Positions 26,064-35,080 of a stretch of 58,511 nucleotides of DNA are shown here, piece after piece. The position numbers were made by a program, and so were the translations under genes. The stretch's first letter is position 1, and every line of letters begins with the position of its first letter. This DNA is from Candidatus Poseidoniaceae archaeon. Lineage in GTDB: Archaea > Thermoplasmatota > Poseidoniia > Poseidoniales > Poseidoniaceae. The DNA lies in contig CBFIIS010000004.1 in NCBI GenBank assembly GCA_965662715.1, forward strand, positions 1 through 58,511, in the 5' to 3' direction. Below the pieces are notes generated by a model. That model ran no database searches and had not been told where the DNA came from. It worked only from the letters and a program-made list of their open reading frames with translations.

Positions 26064-28220
26064 ATGAACAATCGTTGGGTTCATTTGCATGAACCTCCTC
26101 TCAAGGGTATGGGCGGCAAGGACGTTGAGAATCCTGCGTCGCACGAGGGGCTCGAACACGAAGCCCGAAAAGACAAACTCAGCAAAGAACTGGAAGTCAT
26201 CCGGACTCGAAGAAACGGTGGTTCTGGACGTAGTTTCTTGGCAAAAAAGGAGAATTTTGTGCTCTTTGGTGGCATCGTCTATGGAGGCGTTTACGCATTG
26301 ATGATTTTCGCTATGTCGTCAGGCATGCTTGGTGAATCAACAGCACTCGACCACGCTGCTTCCAAGACCTTCCTCGACATTGGTGGGGAATGCGAAGAAA
26401 TCACCGATGAGCCTTGGGTTCACATGTTCCCGAATGAAGACCTCCATGTCTTTTCACTCGCTGGCCATAATCTTCCTGGCGGTTTTGCCAATTTGACGTA
26501 TGAGATCACATCGACTGATGAGGGGCGAGAAGCATGGTCTGAGTCAAATTCAACCGTGTCCAACGTCATTTTCAAGGGTGGATCCAATACTGGGCGTTCG
26601 AACTATCAAGCAGCCTATGATGGACTCGAAGAAGGCCATTATGCCATCACATTCGACATCAGAGTGTACAATCAATCCAATATGACTGGTGCCAGCATTG
26701 TCGAAGGCGGGGAAAAGATCAGCAAAACGATCGAATTCGAAATCTCAGAATCAGGCCAGCCACTTTCATTCCTACCATTTATTGATGATGAAACAAAACA
26801 AGAAATCCGAGTGACAGACACCGGTGCACGGTCTTGCTGGAGCGTTCAGGCACTCGGTGATTGGGGTTACATTCTGATTGGTGCTGAACTGGGTGGCGGC
26901 CGGGAAACGGCTATGCTTTCGGGTGGCTCTGCTGGCATTCCTGCTTGGTGGATGGCATTTACCTCACTCTCGCTGTCTGCAATTACACTCCTCGTCATTT
27001 ACCCTTTGATGTACAAAATTTACCACCAAGAAAGCGACGACATTCTCTCTCGTGCCCACATTAGCAGACTGGTCGAAGAAATCTTGACCAAAACTGCAAC
27101 CAGGCTTTCCATCGATGTGGATTGGGAATTGTACAAGTTTGAACCAAGAGAGTTGTCAATTGACATTATGGTCCCCTACAAAAATACGGAATCAACTCTT
27201 TCTGACAGCAAGGATATTCGGGCCGAAGTTCTTCGAGAGATCTTGGACGAATTTGCCCTCTTCCGTGTGTTCAAACCAGTGCAGTTGACGGTTCGCACCA
27301 TTGGTGTAAATTCAGGGATTGACTTTGATTCAGGTGTTGGAATTGGCACTTCTGCTGATGAAGATACAGAAGAAACACAAAACTACTCTTCATTCTTTTC
27401 CGAACTACATACCCTCTCAAGGGTTGAGGATGAAGTCAGAGAGAGTTTGGAATTGTTCTTCGCTCGAAGAAACGACCTCTCAATGGAAGGTGCCGTGGTC
27501 ACCAGCGATGACCGGGTCATCTTTGTCTCAGTAATCTATCGTCCAACACAACGATTTGCGTTCTTTAGATTCAAGAAAACAAGAGATGAAGTGCAGACCG
27601 ACTTGCATCATTTCATTGCAAAACGAAATGCCGACCTGCTTGGATCTCAAGATTTAATCGTCAAGGGTCGAAACCAAGTCTCGACCCTTGCCGACCGATC
27701 TGGTGCAGGAAGGGTCGAGCGTGCATCAAAGAGTGACGAGCGCATTGTTGCCGTCGCACGACAAGATGGTTTAGGAGGTAAGATGCTGCAAACCAAGCTC
27801 CTTGGTGACACCCTTTCGACCGTGGAATACATGGCGAATGAAAAGCGTGAAATGATTAACAAATGGGGCTTCTGGGGCCTCATAGTATTCGTTTGGATTC
27901 CATTCATGGCTTCTGGAGTTCTTGTTGGTGCCATGCTTGGATTGCTGTCAAGGATGAATTTCATGCGCGTTCTTTCAGCGACGTTCATCGGAGGTGCCAT
28001 CGCATCTGTCACATGGGCCTATACCGCTGAAGGTATCGTGAAATTCATGCACCAATACAAACTTGAAGCCGTGATTCCGTTGATCATCATCGTCTTCATT
28101 GGAGCGGCTTTCTTACACATACGGTCCACGAAAATGCGTCGCCAAACCGAGCTGTTTGAAGATACACTTCTTGATAACTTCCACGCCAACATCCAAGCCA
28201 AATACGGCGAACAAGGATGA
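26064..28220 (+). CDS. Multi-domain polytopic membrane protein of unknown function
   Basis: Long ORF. The track start (25953) lies inside tRNA-Phe, so the real start is probably the ATG at 26064 or 26109. Layout: TM (FVLFGGIVYGGVYALMIFAM), roughly 200-aa exoplasmic segment, TM pair, roughly 270-aa soluble segment, then a C-terminal TM bundle (WGFWGLIVFVWIPFMASGVLVGAMLGLL...). From memory, that bundle resembles small multidrug-export / COG2426-type modules. Confidence 0.6.
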   Translation: MNNRWVHLHEPPLKGMGGKDVENPASHEGLEHEARKDKLSKELEVIRTRRNGGSGRSFLAKKENFVLFGGIVYGGVYALMIFAMSSGMLGESTALDHAASKTFLDIGGECEEITDEPWVHMFPNEDLHVFSLAGHNLPGGFANLTYEITSTDEGREAWSESNSTVSNVIFKGGSNTGRSNYQAAYDGLEEGHYAITFDIRVYNQSNMTGASIVEGGEKISKTIEFEISESGQPLSFLPFIDDETKQEIRVTDTGARSCWSVQALGDWGYILIGAELGGGRETAMLSGGSAGIPAWWMAFTSLSLSAITLLVIYPLMYKIYHQESDDILSRAHISRLVEEILTKTATRLSIDVDWELYKFEPRELSIDIMVPYKNTESTLSDSKDIRAEVLREILDEFALFRVFKPVQLTVRTIGVNSGIDFDSGVGIGTSADEDTEETQNYSSFFSELHTLSRVEDEVRESLELFFARRNDLSMEGAVVTSDDRVIFVSVIYRPTQRFAFFRFKKTRDEVQTDLHHFIAKRNADLLGSQDLIVKGRNQVSTLADRSGAGRVERASKSDERIVAVARQDGLGGKMLQTKLLGDTLSTVEYMANEKREMINKWGFWGLIVFVWIPFMASGVLVGAMLGLLSRMNFMRVLSATFIGGAIASVTWAYTAEGIVKFMHQYKLEAVIPLIIIVFIGAAFLHIRSTKMRRQTELFEDTLLDNFHANIQAKYGEQG

Positions 28221-28223
28221 GGG

Positions 28224-28820
28224 ATGACGATGGATGCACTCACTGTGACAGCAGGCCACTCCGGTCATGTAGGTGAGATGGCGACGATTGGCATCGTCAC
28301 AGTGAGCGACCGAGCGAGCGATGGCAGATACACCGATGAAGGCGGTCCGGCAATCCTCGCGTTTATTTCAGAGGCTATTGCGAGTCCATGCACGGTGCAC
28401 TATCGATGTGTCCCTGACGAACAAGATACCATCGAATCGACCCTAATCGAACTTGTCGATCAGGTTGGTTGTGATGTTGTTGTCACCACAGGAGGGACAG
28501 GTCCAACCGAACGCGACGTCACTCCAGAAGCAACAGAGAGTGTCCTTGACCGAACCTTACCTGGTTTTGGTGAGCAGATGCGAGCCATCTCACTCAAGTA
28601 TGTACCAACAGCAATTCTCTCAAGGCAACTGGGAGGGACTCGCGGCACGTGCGTGATTTTCAATCTGCCTGGGCGTCCAAAATCAATTCGAGAAACCATC
28701 GACGAGATTTGGCAAGCCGTTCCTTATTGTGTGGACTTGCTTGGAGGCCCTTACATCGACACCGTCGATGAAGTGTGCAAAGCCTTTCGCCCTGCCTCTG
28801 CAAGGCGTAGAGTGCAATAG
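28224..28820 (+). CDS. mogA: Molybdopterin adenylyltransferase MogA
   Basis: Near end-to-end resemblance to enterobacterial MogA: IGIVTVSDRASDG.Y.D.GGPA, VVTTGGTGPTERDVTPEAT, LPGFGEQMRAISL.YVPTAILSRQ, NLPGRPKSIRETI, VPYCVDLLGGPYI. An alternative start is the ATG at 28278 (MATIGIV...). Confidence 0.85.
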   Translation: MTMDALTVTAGHSGHVGEMATIGIVTVSDRASDGRYTDEGGPAILAFISEAIASPCTVHYRCVPDEQDTIESTLIELVDQVGCDVVVTTGGTGPTERDVTPEATESVLDRTLPGFGEQMRAISLKYVPTAILSRQLGGTRGTCVIFNLPGRPKSIRETIDEIWQAVPYCVDLLGGPYIDTVDEVCKAFRPASARRRVQ

Positions 28821-28866
28821 AATTCAAAGGGAGGGTTCATTGAGTAGTTCCATTGAACTCACCAAC

Positions 28867-30285
28867 ATGGAACCGAAAAACAACGGAGACTTACTTAATC
28901 TCAACGCCACAATGGTCCTGCCTGACCAGACTGTTCTTGGCGATCTACGCGTAGAAAATGGAACCATTGCCAAAATTGCAATCAATGGGGGAATAGAACC
29001 TAAGGAAAATGAACGAATCATCGATGCAAGCGGTTTGCACTTGCTCCCTGGGATCATTGACCCGCAAGTGCATTTCAGAGAACCAGGCCAACCTGAAAAG
29101 GAAGACCTTGGAAGCGGTTCAGCAGCGGCAGTGAGTGGTGGAGTCACTTCATTTTTGGACATGCCAAACAACAAGCCTTCGATTGTCGATATGGAAGGCA
29201 TGCAAATGAAATTGGACAGCGCTGCTGCTACATGCGTCAGCAATTACGGATTCTTTATTGGAGCAACACCTCACAATCTTGAACAATTGCAGGAAGTTGT
29301 TGGAACGCGTTCAGCCCCAAAAGCAATTCCTGGAATTTGTGGGACAAAAATATTCATGGGCTCGTCAACGGGTACGCTTTTGGTCAATGAGCATGAATCG
29401 CTTGATACCATTTTTTCAGGGATTGGTGGATTGATTGCCGTCCACGCGGAAGATGAAGCACGATTGAACGAGCGTTATCCTTCCTTCAAAGATCGTACCG
29501 ACATTGCAGCTCATGCCGAATGGCGTGACGATGTGACGGCTCTTTTGGCTACAAAATTAGCCGTGGGCCTTGCAGAAAAACACAACCACAGGCTCCACGT
29601 GTTGCACCTTACCTCTGGCTTGGAAGCCGATTGGTTGGAAGGTCGAACAACCCTGCCAAGTCAAGCGAATGGCCAGACAATCATCACCACAGAAGTCTTA
29701 CCTCAACATTTGACATTCAATGAGCATGATGTGGATCAGGAGGGGGTGCGATTGAAGATGAATCCACCAATCAGGTATCAAGAGGATATGGATATTCTCT
29801 GGCGACGCATTCACGATGGGACAGTCCAGTGCATCGCAACCGACCATGCGCCTCACACACTTGAGGCAAAAGCTGAGGGATTCCCTGCAGCTCCAAGCGG
29901 TATGCCAGGGGTCGAAACCTCACTGCCAGCGATGTTAACCCATGTGAAGGATGGAAAATGTACACTTGAGGATGTTGTCAAGTGGATGTCAACCAACGTC
30001 GCGGATTGCTACAACATGGTCAACAAAGGTTCTCTCTTGGAGGGTTATGATGGTGATCTTGTCCTTGTCGACATGGAAAAAGAAGCCGTGGTCCTCGATG
30101 AGAATTCATGGAGCCGTGTTGGATGGAATCCGTACAGAGGCCGAACGCTGACTGGATGGCCAGTTATCACGGTTGTTGGTGGGGTTCCAGTCTTCGAGAG
30201 AACGCCCGAAACAGGTCAAAAAGGACATTTATTGGTGAAACCGGGTGAAACCGGAACCGCCATCAAAATGGCACCGTGGATTTAA
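28867..30285 (+). CDS. pyrC: Dihydroorotase-type cyclic amidohydrolase (first His of the HxH motif replaced by Gln)
   Basis: LLPGIIDPQVHFREPG, FLDMPNN, TKIFMGSSTG, IAVHAEDE, HVLHLTS, IATDHAPH. The ATG at 28867 is preferred because the 28729 start would overlap mogA by 92 nt. Confidence 0.8.
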   Translation: MEPKNNGDLLNLNATMVLPDQTVLGDLRVENGTIAKIAINGGIEPKENERIIDASGLHLLPGIIDPQVHFREPGQPEKEDLGSGSAAAVSGGVTSFLDMPNNKPSIVDMEGMQMKLDSAAATCVSNYGFFIGATPHNLEQLQEVVGTRSAPKAIPGICGTKIFMGSSTGTLLVNEHESLDTIFSGIGGLIAVHAEDEARLNERYPSFKDRTDIAAHAEWRDDVTALLATKLAVGLAEKHNHRLHVLHLTSGLEADWLEGRTTLPSQANGQTIITTEVLPQHLTFNEHDVDQEGVRLKMNPPIRYQEDMDILWRRIHDGTVQCIATDHAPHTLEAKAEGFPAAPSGMPGVETSLPAMLTHVKDGKCTLEDVVKWMSTNVADCYNMVNKGSLLEGYDGDLVLVDMEKEAVVLDENSWSRVGWNPYRGRTLTGWPVITVVGGVPVFERTPETGQKGHLLVKPGETGTAIKMAPWI

Positions 30286-30307
30286 TCATAAACCACGGAT
30301 TAAATCC
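30278..30307 (+). terminator. 10-bp stem hairpin spanning the pyrC stop codon
   Basis: GGATTTAATC (30278-30287, contains the TAA stop), a 10-nt loop, then GATTAAATCC (30298-30307). The complementarity is perfect. Confidence 0.3.
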
Positions 30308-30324
30308 ATAACTTACCGGATAAC

Positions 30325-30331
30325 ATTATAT
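30325..30331 (+). promoter_or_regulatory. TATA-like box upstream of the small membrane-protein gene
   Basis: ATTATAT lies about 39 nt upstream of the ATG at 30367, with a GAGGA box between them. Confidence 0.25.
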
Positions 30332-30366
30332 GCAAGGATTTAAGATTCCGGAATGAGGAAGTCTAC

Positions 30367-30651
30367 ATGGGTTGGCTAGAAGAAAATATTGGAGAAGGAT
30401 ATCAACAGGTAATTGTCGGCGTTGTGCTGTTTATCATTGGTGCGACGTTGGGATGGTTAGAATCAGTTGATGGTGCGATGACGGCTGCAGATGTCTATGT
30501 TCCTTCATTGTTGATGCTTTCCGGCGCAATGGTTACGCTGCTTGGCATCTCCTTCGGCACCGGTCACGAGGATGATCGGACCAACGATTTGATGGACGCC
30601 ATCAACGAACTCACTGCACGAATGAATGCGATGCTTGGCGAAGAAGAGTGA
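30367..30651 (+). CDS. Small (94 aa) two-TM membrane protein with an acidic helical tail
   Basis: ATG preceded by GAGGA. Two hydrophobic spans (VIVGVVLFIIGATLGWL and SLLMLSGAMVTLLGISFG). No recognisable family. Confidence 0.5.
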   Translation: MGWLEENIGEGYQQVIVGVVLFIIGATLGWLESVDGAMTAADVYVPSLLMLSGAMVTLLGISFGTGHEDDRTNDLMDAINELTARMNAMLGEEE

Positions 30652-30656
30652 CCACT

Positions 30657-32153
30657 TCAAAGGCCGTAAATCCGGCTGTACTTGTCTTCGACATACCGCA
30701 AAAACGGGTCTGGACTTGGTGCTGAACCAGTTGCCTTTTCGATCAATTCTGAAGGTGACATTTTGCTCCCCTCTGCATGAATTCTTGGCCTTAACCATGC
30801 CAAAAGGGGCGACCAATCACCTGTTTCCACGAGTGCATCAATATCGCCGAGGTCTTCTGCCATCGATTCCAATAATTGAGCAGCATAGAGATTCCCAAGG
30901 GTGTAGGTTGGGAAGTACCCAAACGCACCCATCGACCAGTGAATATCTTGCAGGCATCCGAGCCGATCGTTTGGTACTTCAACGCCAAACCATTCCATGA
31001 ACATCGTATTCCAAGCGTTTGGTAAGTCTTTGACTGCGAGGTCACCATTGAACAATTGCTTTTCGATTTCATACCTAAGCATGACATGTAAATTGTAGGT
31101 CACTTCATCGGCCTCAACACGAACATACCCTGTGGAAACCTTGTTCGCAATACGGTTGAGTGTCGCCGGATCCCACTCTGGTGCATCAGGAAAGTGCTCT
31201 TTGTACCAAGGTAATACAACCTTCCAGAAGGCGGGAGTCCGACCGATTTGGTTTTCCCAGAAACGGCTTTGTGATTCATGGACTCCGAGTGAAACTGCTG
31301 CACCGCGAGGGGTGTAGGAGTGGTTCGAATCAAGACCTTGCTCATAGAGTGCATGGCCGGTTTCGTGCATCACGCCATAGAGGCAGGAAAAAGGTTCACT
31401 CAAATCATACCGAGTGGTAAAACGTGTGTCGCCAGGCCATAAACCTGCAGAAAAGGGATGTGTCGATGCGTCCATTCGACCTGCCTTGAAGTCAAAGCCC
31501 ATCGCTTCAGAAACCTTAGTGCAGAACGCTGTCTGTTCCTCAATTGGAAAATGTAGCCCCTCGGGCCAGGGAGGATCGGGCGTCGTGGCTTTGGCCGCCA
31601 TGATTTGATCAAGAAGTGGCACAAGCCTCTCTCGTAGACCTGCAAAGAGTGGGTCATAATCTGAGACCTTCATGCCCACTTCGAATTCATCCAATAGTGC
31701 GTCGTATGGGGTTCCTTCAACCTCGAGGTAGGATATTTTCTCTTTTGTCATTGAAATGAGTTGGCTCAAATGAGGTTCAAAGGCCGAGAAATCCGAAGCC
31801 GCTCGTGCCTCCTGCCAAGCCATCATCGCCTCAGATTTTGCTCGCGCATAGTCAGCGACAAACTGTTCTGGTAATTTGACGGCTTTGTCATGTGAACGTC
31901 TCATCTCACGAACATTCGCTTGCTGGTCCTCGTCCAAGTCATCAGAACCTTCGAGTTCAGAAATCATCCGACCAAGGTCTGAACTCACAAGCCGTCCATG
32001 AGCTTCTTTGGCCAGCCATGAAAGCATGTCAGCCCGAGATGACGCCCCTTTTTCAGGCATGATTGTTTCACGGTCCCAGCCGAGATGGCCTTGCAAAGCT
32101 TGCAGTCGATGGATGTCTTTTACGGCAATAATGAACTCGTCGTAGGTGCTCAT
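30657..32153 (-). CDS. Carboxypeptidase Taq-type metallopeptidase (family M32)
   Basis: HETGHALYEQG (HExxH), HESQSRFWEN, IRVEADEVTYNLH, GYFPTYTLGNLYAAQ. Confidence 0.9.
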   Translation of the reverse strand: MSTYDEFIIAVKDIHRLQALQGHLGWDRETIMPEKGASSRADMLSWLAKEAHGRLVSSDLGRMISELEGSDDLDEDQQANVREMRRSHDKAVKLPEQFVADYARAKSEAMMAWQEARAASDFSAFEPHLSQLISMTKEKISYLEVEGTPYDALLDEFEVGMKVSDYDPLFAGLRERLVPLLDQIMAAKATTPDPPWPEGLHFPIEEQTAFCTKVSEAMGFDFKAGRMDASTHPFSAGLWPGDTRFTTRYDLSEPFSCLYGVMHETGHALYEQGLDSNHSYTPRGAAVSLGVHESQSRFWENQIGRTPAFWKVVLPWYKEHFPDAPEWDPATLNRIANKVSTGYVRVEADEVTYNLHVMLRYEIEKQLFNGDLAVKDLPNAWNTMFMEWFGVEVPNDRLGCLQDIHWSMGAFGYFPTYTLGNLYAAQLLESMAEDLGDIDALVETGDWSPLLAWLRPRIHAEGSKMSPSELIEKATGSAPSPDPFLRYVEDKYSRIYGL

Positions 32154-32272
32154 GGGACGACCAAGTCTTCATTGCACAAGAACGCTCGTATGGCTAAATT
32201 TCTCCATCCCGGCCCTTTGACGAAAGCACAATCCGGCCACACCTTCAAGATGCAAGACGCTCTGCCTTACGC

Positions 32273-33445
32273 ATGGCCAAAACACCCGAGGAGGACGACA
32301 CCTCGATGGCCACTAAAGGAGACCACGAAATCGAGTTGGCTGTGGCAGAACTCGAAGGAATCCCACTTGCTACCGAAGACCAAACCGATGTAAAACCAAT
32401 CTCTGCTATCGAGCCGGGAGATGAGACGCCGTTCGAGGACCTCTCGATCCAGGAGGTCACAGAGCATTTGAAACGAAGTGCAAAGATGGTTGTTGACACT
32501 TGCATGGATATCCGACGAGGTGAAAATGTCCTCATTGTTTGTGATCCGACCACAGGAGACATCGGTCAAGCACTGCATGAAGCGGCAAACGAGCGCTCTG
32601 ATCGGGTGTTGCTTATTGTGATGCCAAAAGCGAGGCATCACGGAGAAGAACCTCCTTCTCCAGTCGCCAACCTCATGCGTCAACAACAAGTCGTGATCGC
32701 ACCGACAAGGTATTCACTTACCCACACAAAGGCAATACGACAGGCCCTCAAAGATGGTGCAAGGGTTGCAACCATGCCGGGCATGACCAACGAAATGTTC
32801 AGCCGTGGAGGTATGTCTGCGAATTTTACCGAAGTGAAACGAAGGATTGGAGCACTTCAACCTCACCTGCGACGGCGAAGAATTCTCAACGTCAAATCTG
32901 AACAAGGTACGGATGTCACCTTTGAAGTCAATTGGAGGGAGTGGAAACTCGATGACAATGGCATATGCAACCGACCACGTATGTTGACCAATCTCCCCGC
33001 TGGAAAGGCATTCATCATGCCGCGCGAAGGGACCATGAATGGCAAAGTCGTCATCGATGGTTCCTGGGAATCAAATCTAGTGGATGAACCGATCACGCTG
33101 ACCATTGAATCTGGTATGGTGGTCGATGTAACCGGAGGAACAATAGCGGCTTCTATTCGCCAAGAATTTGGTGAAGCTGCAGGAAGGCTTCGAGCAAAAG
33201 ACCGAGAAAATGTGTGGACGGTTGCAGAATTCGGCTTCGGTATGAACCCACATGCTCGCTTGTTCGGCAATGTCCTCGAAGACGAGAAGCGACTTGGCAC
33301 ATGCTATTTTGCAGTTGGTGACAACACAGCGTTGGGTGGCACTTCGTCTGTTGGCATCCACATCCCTGGTGTTCTCAAAGAAGCAAGCCTGTGGTTTGAT
33401 GATGCCCATGTCCTCGACAAAGGTCAATTCTTGCTTGAATTGTAA
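32273..33445 (+). CDS. Aminopeptidase, M29/AmpS-like (COG2309 type) with an acidic N-terminal extension
   Basis: The core begins AKMVVDTCMDIRRGENVLIVCD and ends GIHIPGVLKEASLWFDDAHVLDKGQF, as in thermophilic-metalloprotease-type aminopeptidases. This assignment is from memory of family patterns. Confidence 0.6.
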   Translation: MAKTPEEDDTSMATKGDHEIELAVAELEGIPLATEDQTDVKPISAIEPGDETPFEDLSIQEVTEHLKRSAKMVVDTCMDIRRGENVLIVCDPTTGDIGQALHEAANERSDRVLLIVMPKARHHGEEPPSPVANLMRQQQVVIAPTRYSLTHTKAIRQALKDGARVATMPGMTNEMFSRGGMSANFTEVKRRIGALQPHLRRRRILNVKSEQGTDVTFEVNWREWKLDDNGICNRPRMLTNLPAGKAFIMPREGTMNGKVVIDGSWESNLVDEPITLTIESGMVVDVTGGTIAASIRQEFGEAAGRLRAKDRENVWTVAEFGFGMNPHARLFGNVLEDEKRLGTCYFAVGDNTALGGTSSVGIHIPGVLKEASLWFDDAHVLDKGQFLLEL

Positions 33446-35080
33446 TCATTGGACTACGTTTTGGGTTCCACAAATTGGACAGAAACGCCAATATGGATCT
33501 AATCCAATACCACAGCCACGGCACATAACCCCTGAGCGAATCGTTGGTTGAACCGATGGCATAGTTGGGTGTGGTTGGTTCCATTGATGCGTTGGTTGCT
33601 GATTCCAACCTTGCTGTTGATTCCAGCCCTGCTGTTGTTGAGGTTGCTGTTGATTCCAGCCTTGTTGGGGTTGTTGTTGATTCCAGCCTTGCTGTTGTTG
33701 AGGTTGTTGGGGTTGTTGAGGTGGTTGCTGTTGTTGCGCTGGTTGACTCAATGGCTTACGAATTGGCGCTACTGGACGTGGAAGAGATGCTGCTTTTTCA
33801 GCTGCAGGAGACGCCATAAATTCGGACAAAGAAACACTACCATCTCCGTCTGTATCCGCCTCCGCATGAAGAGTTGTGGCTTCTTCGATGCTAGTGCCTG
33901 TAGCAACTGCTAATTCTTCAACAGAAAGTTGCTCACTTCCATCCGTGTCCGCTGCAATGAAATGTTCAGCTGCACTGGTGAATAATTCCTCTTCTGTGAC
34001 TGGCATTTCCAAAGGGGATGCTTTTGGCTCAGGCGAGGATTCTGCGATTGGTTCGGGTTCAGGCTGGGTTGGTAACGGCTCTGGTTCCGGTTCAGGAACA
34101 ATTTCTGGTTCCGGCTCAGGCTCGGGAACAATTTCTGGCTCCTCGATTTGGACAGGTTCAGATACCTTGACTTCTTCTTGAAGTCCAAGATCAAAGGCAC
34201 CTGCAAAGGCGTCTTGAGTGGCCTTCGCGACTTGCTTTTCGTTGGTTGTATCGAGAACATCCTCGACCACTGGTTCATTCACCACTGGTGGAAGTTCGAC
34301 TTTATCCGGGACTGATTCATTCACCACTGGTGGAAGTTCGACATGATCAGCGACTGGTTCTGCTGTTGCCCCCGGAAGCGGCACGGACTTTTCCGGCGTT
34401 GTTGTGCGTGGAATACTTGCTTCTGGGGTCGAAGGAGTTGGTGCAGGGGTTGGAGCAGATGGCTTTGGTACAGCTTGAACACTTGCTGAGGCTGCAGTTT
34501 GGCTTGCAAGGGTTGGAATTGGCAAGGCATGGCCTGCGACATCCAGCGCTGCCTCGAGTTCGTCTGCGACAGCCAAAAGCGATGAGGTGTTCGCATCAGG
34601 GTCTGCAATGAATGATTCGATGCCGTTGAGGTATCGTGAAACTTCGCCTTGCCCACCAGTGGCATGAGCAATGGCTAACAATTTGAGGATCTTCATAGGG
34701 TCAGCAAGGTTCGAAAGTTTGGTCATCTCGTCTGCACTGATCGAAGGAGCATTTCCAGAGGATTCCCCAGAGGAATCTGGGAGGCCAAGATAATTCAGCA
34801 ACGGATCAGGCATAGTCATGATGCCCAAATGGCCTGCAACAAGGTAGTAGATTTCTCCACCCTCACATTGTATTCGTTCGCTTGCGGCATTAAAATCAAA
34901 TTCACCCGGCAAAAGCACAATATCAGAAAGCACTTCGAAAAATTTCTCCATGGCTTCCAGGCGTTCCATTGCCATGAGTGTATGAACCATGTCCGATGAT
35001 TCTGTGATGCCAAAGTAGGCTGCGGCTGCGTCAACTTCAATGCCATCGGGCATTGATTCTCCAGGCAATTCATCGACCAT
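33446..35080 (-). CDS. Low-complexity protein: folded N-domain, Pro/Glu repeats, EF-hand pair, Q/N-rich GWNQQ repeats and a C-terminal zinc ribbon
   Basis: DHVELPPVVNESVPDKVELPPVVNEPV; EPEIVPEPEPEPEIVPEPEPEP; EF-hand loops DTDGSEQLSVEEL and DTDGDGSVSLSEF; QQGWNQQQPQQGWNQQQPQQQQGWNQQQGWNQQ; CRGCG...x11...CPICG. Confidence 0.7.
   Translation of the reverse strand: MVDELPGESMPDGIEVDAAAAYFGITESSDMVHTLMAMERLEAMEKFFEVLSDIVLLPGEFDFNAASERIQCEGGEIYYLVAGHLGIMTMPDPLLNYLGLPDSSGESSGNAPSISADEMTKLSNLADPMKILKLLAIAHATGGQGEVSRYLNGIESFIADPDANTSSLLAVADELEAALDVAGHALPIPTLASQTAASASVQAVPKPSAPTPAPTPSTPEASIPRTTTPEKSVPLPGATAEPVADHVELPPVVNESVPDKVELPPVVNEPVVEDVLDTTNEKQVAKATQDAFAGAFDLGLQEEVKVSEPVQIEEPEIVPEPEPEPEIVPEPEPEPLPTQPEPEPIAESSPEPKASPLEMPVTEEELFTSAAEHFIAADTDGSEQLSVEELAVATGTSIEEATTLHAEADTDGDGSVSLSEFMASPAAEKAASLPRPVAPIRKPLSQPAQQQQPPQQPQQPQQQQGWNQQQPQQGWNQQQPQQQQGWNQQQGWNQQPTHQWNQPHPTMPSVQPTIRSGVMCRGCGIGLDPYWRFCPICGTQNVVQ
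33566..33748 (-). repeat. In-frame imperfect tandem repeats encoding the Q-rich (GWNQQQPQQ)n tract
   Basis: On the plus strand the unit ttgattccagcc(c/t)tg(c/t)tg... recurs at least three times. Translation on the minus strand gives GWNQQ repeats. Confidence 0.85.

Noticed and set aside
28729-28866. Long N-terminal extension of the dihydroorotase ORF
   Set aside because: It would overlap mogA by 92 nt in another frame. The extension lacks similarity to amidohydrolase N-termini, and the ATG at 28867 gives a normal-length protein.
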